DNA of 64,000 nt from Alphaproteobacteria bacterium (GTDB taxonomy: Bacteria > Pseudomonadota > Alphaproteobacteria > UBA7887): contig CBDCGL010000011.1 in assembly GCA_965216755.1 (NCBI GenBank), forward strand, positions 1,824,001-1,888,000, read 5' to 3'. Each line of letters begins with the position of its first letter. The stretch's first letter is position 1. The notes beneath the pieces were generated by a model, which saw only the letters and a list, made by a program, of their open reading frames with translations, did no database searches and was not told where the DNA came from. This document shows positions 47,914 through 57,534 of this stretch, piece by piece. The position numbers and the translations under genes were made by a program.

Positions 47914-48835
47914 ATGACCCTGGCGCGATCGGTCCAAGACCTCAAGACACCAAGTGTGTTGAACAGCGAAGAATGGGCTTTGCGCGTCCGTTTGGCCGCG
48001 GCCTATCGGGTTGCGGCCCACTTGGGTTGGACCGAGTCGATTTACGGCCATATCACCCTGCGCGTGCCCGGGCCGGAACGCCATTTTCTAATCAACCCTT
48101 GGGGCTTGCGGTTTGATGAAGTGACCGCATCCAGTCTGGTCAAGATCAACGCCGATGGCGCGGTGGTCGGCGACAGCGCGTACGGTGTCAATCGCGCCGG
48201 CTTTACCATCCACAGTGCCATTCATGAAGCGCGCGACAATGCCCATTGCGTGTTTCACATTCACACCACGGCCGGCATGGCCGTCGCCGCGCAAGCCGAC
48301 GGTCTGTTGCCCGTCAGCATGCCCGCCACCGGATTTTATCAGCGCGTGGCCTATCATGACTATGAAGGACCGAGCCTGAAACTGGATGAACGTGCGCGCC
48401 TGGTGGCGTCACTCGGCGACAAAAATGTACTGATCCTGCGCACACACGGGCTGTTGACCTGCGGCCACACCACAGAAGAAGCCTTTATTCGCATGTTTCG
48501 TCTCCAGCGAGCCTGCGAAATCCAAATCGCCGCCCTTGGGAAATCTCGTATCCGGCGGCACGCGTTTAACCGTACCGTCGGAAACTTCTTTGCGAAGCTC
48601 AAGGAATTCAAAGCGGTCGTCTGTGCGCCGCGTCATCAATTCTCGATGAAGAATCCAAATCGCCGCCCAATCCGGCGGAACGCGTTTAACCGTACCGTCG
48701 GAAACCGTCTGTCGAGAAGCCGCAGTTCTGACCGATGATTTTTTGTCAGGGAATGACGGCGAACCGGTCGGCGCCCTGGAATTCAACGCCTATGTGCGTT
48801 TGATCGAGCAACAAGACGCGTCATTCCGCGAGTAA
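47914..48835 (+). pseudogene. Class II aldolase/adducin family gene disrupted by a duplication near its 3' end
   Basis: GHITLR, SSLVK, IHSAIH, HIH, LRTHG intact up to EIQIAA; the natural-looking tail (IQIAAQSGG..EFNAYVRLIEQQDASFRE*) lies in another frame at about 48653-48835. Confidence 0.7.
48519..48705 (+). repeat. Imperfect direct duplication
   Basis: aatccaaatcgccgccc at 48519 and 48652; atccggcggMacgcgtttaaccgtaccgtcggaaac at 48550-48585 and 48670-48705 (35/36 identical). Confidence 0.9.
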
Positions 48836-48854
48836 CCAAGGACACGGGGGCAAA

Positions 48855-49346
48855 ATGACCTGCCGCGCGGCTCTATTCCTTGTCAGCGTTGTCGCGATGC
48901 TCGCCAGCACGGCCGCGAGAGCTGACTACCAGGCTGGCGTCCGACAATTCGACCGTGGCGATTATGTCGGTGCCGCCGATGCATGGCGCGATGCCGCCCT
49001 GTCCGGCGATCTGAACGCGCGTTTTCAACTGGGTCGGCTTTATGAGGAAGGACTCGGCGTGCCACAAAGCTATGTGCATGCACATGCCTGGTACAACCTG
49101 GCCGCGGCTCTCGGCCATCCAGAAGCACGAGCGGCGCGCGACACGCTGGCCGGCGGCATGACCGGAGAGCAAATCGCGGCCGCGCAAACGTTGGCCGTCC
49201 AAATGAGCAGCGGGGCGCCTGCGTCTTCAGATCCAAGCGTTGTGGCGGCGCCAACGGGCGTCGCAAAATCACCAGCACCGGCGCGAAACGGCAATGACAA
49301 TCCCAACTTGGTACCAAACGTCTATCGGCACACCAACTGGCGCTAG
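48855..49346 (+). CDS. Secreted Sel1-repeat protein
   Basis: Signal peptide, ARFQLGRLYEEGLGVPQSYVHAHAWYNLAAALG. Confidence 0.85.
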   Translation: MTCRAALFLVSVVAMLASTAARADYQAGVRQFDRGDYVGAADAWRDAALSGDLNARFQLGRLYEEGLGVPQSYVHAHAWYNLAAALGHPEARAARDTLAGGMTGEQIAAAQTLAVQMSSGAPASSDPSVVAAPTGVAKSPAPARNGNDNPNLVPNVYRHTNWR

Positions 49347-49473
49347 TCAATTGACCGTCAAAGTCACCCATTGGCCGGGCGCCTCGGGCTAACCCTTTCC
49401 CAATCCGCCGCGCTTTGCCAAGATAGTCGCCACAAATATGACCGGGTGCATGAAGCGCGGGGAGGAAAGAAAC

Positions 49474-50547
49474 ATGAAACGGCGCGCATTCTTGAAAGGC
49501 GCGGCCGCCGGCGCGGCCGCCGCCGCGATGGTTTCGGCCCCCGCCATCGCCCAACAGAAGTTCGAATGGCGCATGGTCACCACCTGGCCGCGGAATTTTC
49601 CGGCGCTGGGCACCGGCGCCCAACGCATGGCCGACAACATCACGGCGATGTCCGGCGGCCGTCTCACGGTAAAGCTTTACGGCGCCGGCGAATTGGTGCC
49701 GGCGTTTGAAGTCTTCGACTATGTGCGCGAAGGCAACGCCGAATGTGGCCACGATGCGCCCTACTATTGGATCAACAAGCACTCGGCCGTGCCGTTCTTT
49801 TGTTCGGTCCCGGCGGGCTTGACGCCGCAAGAACATACCGCCTGGATCTACGGGGGTGGCGGCCAAGAGCTGTGGGACGAACTTTACGATGAGTTCGGCT
49901 TGATCGCCTTTTTGGCCGGATCTGGCTGCCCGAACATGGGTGGTTGGTTTCAGCGCGAGATCAATTCGCTGGATGACCTCAACGGCTTGAAAATGCGGAT
50001 ACCCGGCCTGGGTGCAGAAGTATTTGCGCGCCTTGGCGTCACGACATTGAACCTTGCCGGGGGCGAAATCTTACCATCGCTACAGACCGGCGCGATCGAC
50101 GCCACGGAATGGGCGGGGCCCTATTTGGATCTGGCGTTCGGGTTCTACAAAGTCGCGAAATATTACTACGGCCCCGGGGTTCACGAACCGGGTCCAGGCC
50201 TGTCTTTGGTCATTAACAAGGAGGCATACGAAGCTCTGCCCGACGACCTGAAACTGATTGTCAGAACCGCGGCCGGTGACGAAAATGGCCGCATGATCGC
50301 CGAAACGACCGCATTCAATGCCTCAGCGTTGGAGACGTTGATCCAGGAACACGGCGTCGATGTGCGTCATTTTCCGGACGACGTGTTGCAAGCGATGTTC
50401 GAAATATCAGAACAAGTACTCACCGAAACGGCGGCGAAGACCGAGATCGGCGGCCGCATTTTCGACAGCTGGAATGCATTCCGCGGACGCATGGCAAGCA
50501 ATGCGGCATTCAGTGAACTTGGCTACATGGGTAATCGTGCTGCCTAG
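49474..50547 (+). CDS. TRAP transporter substrate-binding protein (DctP/TakP-like), Tat-exported
   Basis: MKRRAFLKG twin-Arg, WRMVTTWP, GLKMRIPGLG, GAIDATEW.GPY.D. Confidence 0.92.
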   Translation: MKRRAFLKGAAAGAAAAAMVSAPAIAQQKFEWRMVTTWPRNFPALGTGAQRMADNITAMSGGRLTVKLYGAGELVPAFEVFDYVREGNAECGHDAPYYWINKHSAVPFFCSVPAGLTPQEHTAWIYGGGGQELWDELYDEFGLIAFLAGSGCPNMGGWFQREINSLDDLNGLKMRIPGLGAEVFARLGVTTLNLAGGEILPSLQTGAIDATEWAGPYLDLAFGFYKVAKYYYGPGVHEPGPGLSLVINKEAYEALPDDLKLIVRTAAGDENGRMIAETTAFNASALETLIQEHGVDVRHFPDDVLQAMFEISEQVLTETAAKTEIGGRIFDSWNAFRGRMASNAAFSELGYMGNRAA

Positions 50548-51826
50548 TCACAAGATTGAACGGCTTCGCGCGGCACACCGTCGTGTCGCCGTGGCGCTGT
50601 GGCTCGTTTGTGCCGGGAGTCTTCTTGCCGCCTGCTCCGAAACACCGGAGGAACGGGCCCGTGCCGCCTACGACAGCGGCGATTTTGAAGACGCACGCCT
50701 GTTAGCGGCCAAACTTGCCGCGCAAGACAATATTGTTGGCCTTGAGCTGCTGACCTTGATCCATCTGCAGGGCCTTGGCGGTCCGATCGACTACGTGCAG
50801 GCCATGGACTATGCCGAACGGGCCGCGCGGGTCGACCAATCCTATAAGTCCCTCGATCGCACCATCCGCCTGCGTATCGGCGAAGCCGTTGGCGCCTCGC
50901 AGCGCGCCTTCAAGCGTGAAGACTATGAGCGCGCTTATGATATTGCGGAACCACTCGCCCGATATGGTCACGAACAAAGCGCCGCGATCGTCCAGATGAT
51001 GCGCGATCAGCAATATGTCCGCCTCGATGGCTCTGACATGTCGTGGCAATTTTTTTGGCAGGATTGCAGCGGCAATACGCGGTACGATTCCACCGACGGT
51101 GACCGCGATCCGTTTGCCGAAAAATGCGTGGGCCGCAGGGCGATTTGGGATGGCTTGGTGACGCGCGTTGTGCGCAACGACGTCTATATTCGCATGACAC
51201 CGGGGCGCCCGCGTGCACGCGACGACCTGGTCCTGAAATTCGATGATGACAAAATCGATCGCAGTCTTGCCAGCCCGGGCAAAAAGATTCGCTTTCGGGG
51301 CGAAATCAACACGCGCGGCAATCCCAACGAACCCGACACATTGATCCATGCCGCATTGATCGGCCCAGCGCCCCTGACAGCCCAAGAAGAAGCCGCGGCG
51401 ATCGCGAGAAAAGAAGAAACTCTTCTGCGCCGGGTCATGCAAGGTTGCCAAACGCTGGTCGAACGCCAGCTGGAAGCAAGCCACATGCCGGATTGGGCGC
51501 TGAGCCTGCCCGAAGAAATCCGTGCAGTAACCAAGCGTGGCCGAAATTTCTTTGTCGCAATCGGAATCACAAGCAAGGAGAACGCATTTCGCAAACTGGA
51601 CGACGGCAGTTGGACGTCGGAGTTCACCGGCTATTTCTCGGTGCAAAGTTCCGTTGCACGCATGGCGTCAACCGCTGATTTCATTGCCCACTGTGAAGCA
51701 GACAGTTCCTTTGAATCGAATTCGCCGTTTGAGGAGCACATTGCGGTTGAAGTGGTTCAAGTATCCGCACCGCGCATGCTCCAAGCGCCGGCCGCACGAC
51801 GCGGTCGTAGTACGGTGACCCGATAG
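50537..51826 (+). CDS. Hypothetical lipoprotein with Sel1-like repeat
   Basis: Lipobox LAAC, GLGGPIDYVQAMDY repeat, beta-rich central domain; start uncertain. Confidence 0.65.
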   Translation: MLPSHKIERLRAAHRRVAVALWLVCAGSLLAACSETPEERARAAYDSGDFEDARLLAAKLAAQDNIVGLELLTLIHLQGLGGPIDYVQAMDYAERAARVDQSYKSLDRTIRLRIGEAVGASQRAFKREDYERAYDIAEPLARYGHEQSAAIVQMMRDQQYVRLDGSDMSWQFFWQDCSGNTRYDSTDGDRDPFAEKCVGRRAIWDGLVTRVVRNDVYIRMTPGRPRARDDLVLKFDDDKIDRSLASPGKKIRFRGEINTRGNPNEPDTLIHAALIGPAPLTAQEEAAAIARKEETLLRRVMQGCQTLVERQLEASHMPDWALSLPEEIRAVTKRGRNFFVAIGITSKENAFRKLDDGSWTSEFTGYFSVQSSVARMASTADFIAHCEADSSFESNSPFEEHIAVEVVQVSAPRMLQAPAARRGRSTVTR

Positions 51827-51828
51827 GC

Positions 51829-52776
51829 TCACTCCTCGAGCGGACGCGGCGCGTAACGCAGATCAGTCTCCTGTATCGCTGTCCACAAACGCGCGGCCGT
51901 GGCTTTGTGACCGTCTCGCGTTTGATGGCGGTCATCGCAATAGTTCGTCTCGTCCGCGTGCCGAATATCGATCAGCACGCTACGTGGATGGTTTGCAAAA
52001 TTGACCATCCGTTCATGAACGGCGCGCGACCAACCCTCGGCTGGGCCACGCGCCGGCAATGACATCAGTGCAACTTGGAAGTCGAACTGCTCAGCAAGCG
52101 CAAAAACGCTTTCAAGCCGCGCGTTGAATCGTGCCAACGCCATATCCAGCGTTGCTTCGTCGATGTTACGCGGCACCTCGCGGTCGCGGGCACCAGCAAT
52201 GCGTTCGAAGGCATGCTCGACCGTGACGGCAATCAGTTCGTAGGCGAGCGATTTCTCGCGGACAGCGGTGTGCCACCGCTGCACCTCGCTCGGCGTGGCC
52301 AAGTCGCCCGTGCTTGCGGTCCAGAACACAAGATCGGGTCGTCCGATATGCAGAGCGCCGGCTAAAGTGCGTGCTGCAAATACGCTGTCAGACCCCGCAC
52401 GGGCGAAATTTCGAATCACACCGCCGGCAATGAGAACCAACTCATGCGCCCATGACGACGAGTCGTCTGTGCAGTAAAATCCGCCGGTCGCACCGTCACC
52501 GAACGCCCACGCGACAAACGGCCGCCGGCCATCATCGCGTCCCATGGCCAACGCGCGTGTGACGCCTTCACGTGCCGGCAGCGCCGTGGTTCGCGGTACG
52601 CCGTCCGTGTAAACATAGGCACGTTGCTGCGACACGTCGTGCACATGCACACGCACACGGGGATCGATTCCGTAAAATACCGCGCCCCAATCGTTCGCGA
52701 ACTGCCGCATGCCGAAGCGGGCCGCGACTTCCAACAAAATCAGGGCAGCAATGACAATGAACAAAAACCGTCTCAT
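51829..52776 (-). CDS. Membrane-anchored SGNH/GDSL-like hypothetical protein
   Basis: N-terminal TM, block I-like AFGDG, NFARAG, PDLV, C-terminal DDRH (DxxH). Confidence 0.6.
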   Translation of the reverse strand: MRRFLFIVIAALILLEVAARFGMRQFANDWGAVFYGIDPRVRVHVHDVSQQRAYVYTDGVPRTTALPAREGVTRALAMGRDDGRRPFVAWAFGDGATGGFYCTDDSSSWAHELVLIAGGVIRNFARAGSDSVFAARTLAGALHIGRPDLVFWTASTGDLATPSEVQRWHTAVREKSLAYELIAVTVEHAFERIAGARDREVPRNIDEATLDMALARFNARLESVFALAEQFDFQVALMSLPARGPAEGWSRAVHERMVNFANHPRSVLIDIRHADETNYCDDRHQTRDGHKATAARLWTAIQETDLRYAPRPLEE

Positions 52777-53054
52777 GGCGTCACAACCATAACATTGGTT
52801 TTTGTCGCCTCTTGTTTTTCTAGTCCCGCATGTTGAATGGCAACCATAGGACCTTGCCCCAAGATACGCGACTACATACCAACAGGCATCGCCTTTTCGG
52901 GCTCCCTTTTTTTGGACTTGGCAGCAAATAGGGCATGGCGTCGAAAGCGGACACAGAAGTACCCGTGCGCCAATCGAACGTCATGCTCAAAAATCCGGAT
53001 TGGTACGTTGGGATGCGGACAGGGTGGTCTGCGCCACCACTATCCTAAATGACA

Positions 53055-53090
53055 AATGAAAAGGCCACGTGGCTTATTCACCACGTGGCC
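53055..53090 (-). terminator. Rho-independent terminator after iorB-like gene
   Basis: ggccacgtgg-N8-ccacgtggcc stem followed on the minus strand by ttttcattt. Confidence 0.7.
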
Positions 53091-53119
53091 AGTTTCATGA
53101 GCCGCAACCGCGTGTATCG

Positions 53120-55585
53120 TCACACTTTGCGCATTGCCGCCATAATCGCATCGGGTGTGATCGGCATGTGCCGCACCCGCGCACCGACCGCATTGAATAT
53201 GGCATTGGCAACCGCTGGCCCGACCACCGTTGACGACGGTTCCCCAACACCACTCGGATGATGCCCGGATTCCACGATCTCCACATCGATCTTGGGAACT
53301 TGGCGTAAACGGATCGGCACATATGTGTCAAAGTTGTGCTGTTCAAATGCGCCGTCCTTGATCGTCAGTCGTTCCGAAAGCACTTGGCTGGCGCCCCACA
53401 GCGCCGCGCCTTTCACTTGGGCCTTGATGTTCACGGGATTGATCGCGATTCCCATGTCCATGGCAATCGTCAGCTTTTCAAGCGTCACAGCCCCCGTATC
53501 GGGATCGACACCAACTTCCGCGACGCCGGCGACCCAGGTTGGGCTTTGGCGTTCCTCCGCTGATGAAACGGCGATGCCCATGCCATGGTTCTTGGGCATC
53601 GATTTACCGTAGTTGGCCTTGCCGGCCGCCACGCGCAGCACATTGGCCAGCCGCTTCGCGCCGCCAACCGTCGCAGATTCGTACGGGATCCACGACCCCT
53701 CTTGCGTCCAAGGCAGTGATATCCAAAGGCGATCCATGTAATAGTCAGACCCCGTGCCCGCCGGATAGCCGCTGTTCGGGATACCGCGGCTGCCACCTTC
53801 GCCGGACAGCAAGGCGAGTCGCATTTCCAACGGGTCTTTGCCCAAACGATGGGCAATTTCATCGATGAACGACTCGACGACGAAGAAGTTGTACGAGTTC
53901 GACACCGTGCGTAGCGCGGACGCTTGCACAGCCCAGGTGGTCTGATCGTGATTGATTCCGCGGACACGGTGATTGGCGACCGAATACCAGTGATCACTGC
54001 CACCGATCGACCATTGATCGATGTCGCGGCCCGATCCGTCGGCCGCATCGAGCTGGAGCCAATCGGTGCCAAATTCTTCACCAACGCTGAACCGCGGCCC
54101 CATCCAGCCGCACACGATGTCGTGCTCCATGGCGCTGAGTTCACCATCTTTTAGGCCGGCACGGAGTTTGTGGAAGGTTGGTGTACGCGGGAAGCTTGTG
54201 GCGAAGTTCGTCTCGCGTGTTTGGATCAATTTGACCGGTCGGCCGGCTTGCATACTGCAATAGGCGGCCGCCAGGATTTCGTCATAATCTTGCTTGCCAC
54301 CGAACCCACCGCCAAGCACAGATTGGTGAATAACTACAGAAATCTCTTCCGCCGGTTTGCCTGTCACATGCGCCATGTAGCCGGTCAAGGTCATGCGCGC
54401 GAATGACGTGCTCTGAGTCCCGGTATACACATGCCACGTGCCATCGACCTCATGCGCGGTGGCGTTCAGTGGCTCCATCGTCGCATGACACACCATGTCG
54501 GTGGTGTATTCCATTTCCATGGTTTCGTCGGCTGCTGCCATCGCCCCGTCGACGTCGCCGTCTTGTACCCACGGTGCACCGGCATTCGGGTCCTTTTGTA
54601 ACTCCCGATATTCGACAAGCAGCTGGTCGAGGCCAACATCGCCGTGGGGGCCAGGATCCCATTCCACATTCAACGCTTTGGCAGCTTTCATGGCGGCAGG
54701 AAAGCTTTCCGCGATAGCGATAACCCAACCCGTGCATTTGCCAAACGAGTCATCGACAATCACGGCCTGGACGTATCCGGGAATTGACTGGGCCGCCGAA
54801 TCATCGACCGACAGCGCTTTTGCGCCGTATCGCGAGCGCGGCATGACCAGCGCACCATAGGCCATGTTGGGCAAGAACGTATCAATGCCATACTTGGCCT
54901 GTCCGCTGGTTTTGTCAGGGATATCGAGCGCAGGGACCGACTTGCCGATGATCCGATACGCGTCTGGCGACTTGCGCGGCACATCGCGGAAGTCATCCGG
55001 ATAGGCGAACATCCGGTCGATTGTCGTTTGCTGCAAGATCGTCGCATAACCGATAGAGCGCCGGGTCGTCTGATCGATGACTTCGCTTTGGCGCGCGATG
55101 CAATCCGCAGGCGACGCGCCCAAAATCTTCGCGCCCGCCTCGATCAATGTGATCCTGCCGGCCGCACCGGCCCGCGAGATACGATCGAACTCGGTTGTGA
55201 CACTGCCGCTATTGACCGTATAGGCCAGACCATATTTTGCGAAATTCTCGACACTGCCCTCAGGGTAGTTCAGTGTCACCTTGTCCCAATCGACCTCCAG
55301 TTCATCCGCGATAATCTGTGCCAAGGCGGTCCCGATATGCTGCCCCATTTCGGCCTTAACGATGTTCATCTTCGTTTCGCCCGAGGGCAACATTGTGAAC
55401 CAAATCGACGGCGTGAATGGGACTGGCGCCGCGGTCGCTGTCCGGCCCGCCGCACCGAGAACCGGCAAAATCCCGATGCCGAACGCCACGCCACTGGCGG
55501 CGGCCATGCTGCGCACCAAGACGTCGCGGCGCGAAGGCGCCAAATCATCGACGGTCCGCGCTTTGCTCGAGCTGTTCTTAGACAT
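53120..55585 (-). CDS. Isoquinoline 1-oxidoreductase beta (IorB)-like molybdopterin subunit
   Basis: Tat-like SRRDVL, AEMGQH, ADELE, HATMEP, LGGGFG, GVGEP, NAIFNA.G.R.R. Confidence 0.88.
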   Translation of the reverse strand: MSKNSSSKARTVDDLAPSRRDVLVRSMAAASGVAFGIGILPVLGAAGRTATAAPVPFTPSIWFTMLPSGETKMNIVKAEMGQHIGTALAQIIADELEVDWDKVTLNYPEGSVENFAKYGLAYTVNSGSVTTEFDRISRAGAAGRITLIEAGAKILGASPADCIARQSEVIDQTTRRSIGYATILQQTTIDRMFAYPDDFRDVPRKSPDAYRIIGKSVPALDIPDKTSGQAKYGIDTFLPNMAYGALVMPRSRYGAKALSVDDSAAQSIPGYVQAVIVDDSFGKCTGWVIAIAESFPAAMKAAKALNVEWDPGPHGDVGLDQLLVEYRELQKDPNAGAPWVQDGDVDGAMAAADETMEMEYTTDMVCHATMEPLNATAHEVDGTWHVYTGTQSTSFARMTLTGYMAHVTGKPAEEISVVIHQSVLGGGFGGKQDYDEILAAAYCSMQAGRPVKLIQTRETNFATSFPRTPTFHKLRAGLKDGELSAMEHDIVCGWMGPRFSVGEEFGTDWLQLDAADGSGRDIDQWSIGGSDHWYSVANHRVRGINHDQTTWAVQASALRTVSNSYNFFVVESFIDEIAHRLGKDPLEMRLALLSGEGGSRGIPNSGYPAGTGSDYYMDRLWISLPWTQEGSWIPYESATVGGAKRLANVLRVAAGKANYGKSMPKNHGMGIAVSSAEERQSPTWVAGVAEVGVDPDTGAVTLEKLTIAMDMGIAINPVNIKAQVKGAALWGASQVLSERLTIKDGAFEQHNFDTYVPIRLRQVPKIDVEIVESGHHPSGVGEPSSTVVGPAVANAIFNAVGARVRHMPITPDAIMAAMRKV

Positions 55586-55586
55586 G

Positions 55587-56051
55587 TCAGGCCTCCCCTC
55601 GCGCGATTTCCGCAGCACGTTTGACTGCGTCGACAATGCGAAAATAGGTGGCACAGCGGCACAAATTGCCATCCATCCAATCGACGATCTCTTCGTCGCT
55701 GGGATCGGGATTGCGGTCAATTAACGCTGCCGCTTGCATGATTTGCCCAGACTGGCAATAGCCGCATTGGGGGACTTGTTGCTCGATCCACGATTGCTGC
55801 ACCGGATGGCGATCGGCGTGATGAAGGCCTTCTATCGTCGTGATCAGGGCGCCATCCGCATCGCCAACGTTTGTTTGGCAGGATCGTACGGCCTCACCAT
55901 TAACGTGCACGGTGCAAGAGCCGCACAGGCCAATCCCACAACCGAATTTGGTGCCGGTAAGCTGCAGGGTTTCTCGGATCACCCACAGCAGTGGCGTGTC
56001 GTCCGGGACATCAACGAAGTGACTGTGCCCGTTGATGGTCAATTGGGGCAT
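55587..56051 (-). CDS. (2Fe-2S)-binding subunit (IorA-like)
   Basis: [35 protein letters not shown]; aaggagg RBS. Confidence 0.92.
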   Translation of the reverse strand: MPQLTINGHSHFVDVPDDTPLLWVIRETLQLTGTKFGCGIGLCGSCTVHVNGEAVRSCQTNVGDADGALITTIEGLHHADRHPVQQSWIEQQVPQCGYCQSGQIMQAAALIDRNPDPSDEEIVDWMDGNLCRCATYFRIVDAVKRAAEIARGEA

Positions 56052-56124
56052 TTTCAGCGGCCTCCTTTCTGGCTTGCCGAATCCGCAGATCCACGCAGAT
56101 AAAGCCAGCGTGAAAGATGCGTGC

Positions 56125-56160
56125 AATCCCATGCGCGCCATCCCTATCCGAATCGTGCCA
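56125..56160 (-). promoter_or_regulatory. Putative tandem AraC/XylS operator upstream of iorA
   Basis: Minus strand TGGCAcgattcGGATA and TGGCGcgcatgGGATT, 20-nt period, XylS-like (TGCA-N6-GGNTA) layout, between divergent araC and iorA. Confidence 0.4.
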
Positions 56161-56280
56161 CGTTCGCGCGCGATACTTGACACCGCGCGACATGTCGCGC
56201 CAAGCTTTGTGGCTCAACACTGCATCGAGGGTGCAACAGACGCCAGGAGCGTCGCGGACGGGCGTGCTGGGGAGGTTGAT

Positions 56281-57297
56281 GTGGTGGCGGCAGCCACGAA
56301 AGGGTTAGGTTTCGGCCCGCTTTCACGGTACCAGGTTGCTTTGACGAATAACCCGGATGAAGCAACCGACATCATTTCGCAGACCTATTGCGGCCATAAG
56401 GTCCGAGTCCTAAACTCGTCGTCAGCGCTACGCTTCCGCTTTTGCGAGGCCCAACTTCGCCGCACGACGATTGGAGCCATGTCGTTCAATGACGATTTCC
56501 ATTACGACCTTGGTGAAACAGAGTCCTATTATTTGATACAGATCGCAGATTCTGGAGCCATTCAGTATGTTAATGGTGGTGAACTCTGTGACGTAACGAC
56601 GAAGCAAGCGATGGTGACATCGCCGACGCGACCTCTGCGCATCTGCTATAGCGCGAAATCGCGCGGATTGATCTTCAAAATCTCGAAAAGCGCGCTCTGC
56701 CGCCATCTCAGTGCCTTGATCGGCGCGCCCATTGGCAAACCCCTGATCTTCCAAGCGTCCGTGCCCGCGGCGGCGCCGTTCAGCGGCCGCTACCAAAGGC
56801 TGCTCGCTTACATATTGGACGAGCTCGACGTGGACGGCGGACTATGCCATGCGCCCCTGTTGGTCGCACATGTGGAAGACATGTTGATGACGGCATTGCT
56901 GACCGAGCAGCCGCACACATACACGCATTTCTTGGAACGACCGCTATCGGCGGCGAACTTGCGGGCAGTGGAGAGGGTCGAGGAGCATGTCCGAGCTGAT
57001 CCGGGACTTCGCCACACGATTGAGGACTTCGTGGCATTGACCGGGGTTAGTGGACGGTCACTTTATCGAGCCTTTCAGATTCACCGTGGCTACTCGCCGA
57101 TGGCATTTGTGCGCCATGCCCGGCTGAGCTTGGCTCATGATCGCCTGTCTGCGCCCCGCGCGGGCGACACGGTCACCCGCATCGCGCACGATTGCGGCTT
57201 CGATCATCTTGGCCGCTTCGGCAAGGATTACCGCTCTCAATTTGGTCGAACACCTTCTGAGACACTTAAGTCCGCTCGACACGCACTGTTCGGCTAG
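56281..57297 (+). CDS. AraC-family transcriptional regulator
   Basis: ggggagg RBS + GTG; C-terminal GVSGRSLYRAF..SPM, VTRIA..GFDHLGRF..Y..FG..PSETL. Confidence 0.9.
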   Translation: MVAAATKGLGFGPLSRYQVALTNNPDEATDIISQTYCGHKVRVLNSSSALRFRFCEAQLRRTTIGAMSFNDDFHYDLGETESYYLIQIADSGAIQYVNGGELCDVTTKQAMVTSPTRPLRICYSAKSRGLIFKISKSALCRHLSALIGAPIGKPLIFQASVPAAAPFSGRYQRLLAYILDELDVDGGLCHAPLLVAHVEDMLMTALLTEQPHTYTHFLERPLSAANLRAVERVEEHVRADPGLRHTIEDFVALTGVSGRSLYRAFQIHRGYSPMAFVRHARLSLAHDRLSAPRAGDTVTRIAHDCGFDHLGRFGKDYRSQFGRTPSETLKSARHALFG

Positions 57298-57534
57298 ACG
57301 ACAAGAGCGCGCTGGCCATTCCGGGATCCATTTCGAGGGTTTGAAAAGTTCGGCCGCACGGTCTTGCATGGATCAAACCGGAACGCTTGACCGATCCGGA
57401 ATTTGCGGAGCAAGCTAACAAGTTCCGAAGATCACACGGCATCCGGCTTTTGGACCCTTTGAGCCCTGTAAAGCAATGCGCCAACATCGACGATGACCGA
57501 TCCCCGGGACTGATCGGCGGACGCGGAGGGAAAT

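Noticed and set aside
48519-48705. CRISPR-like 36-bp repeats
   Set aside because: Only two copies, derived from coding sequence, with an 84-bp gap and no cas genes.
57300-57530. Recurring GATC/ATCCGG motifs upstream of the amidase as a repeat array
   Set aside because: Irregular spacing and too short to separate from chance.
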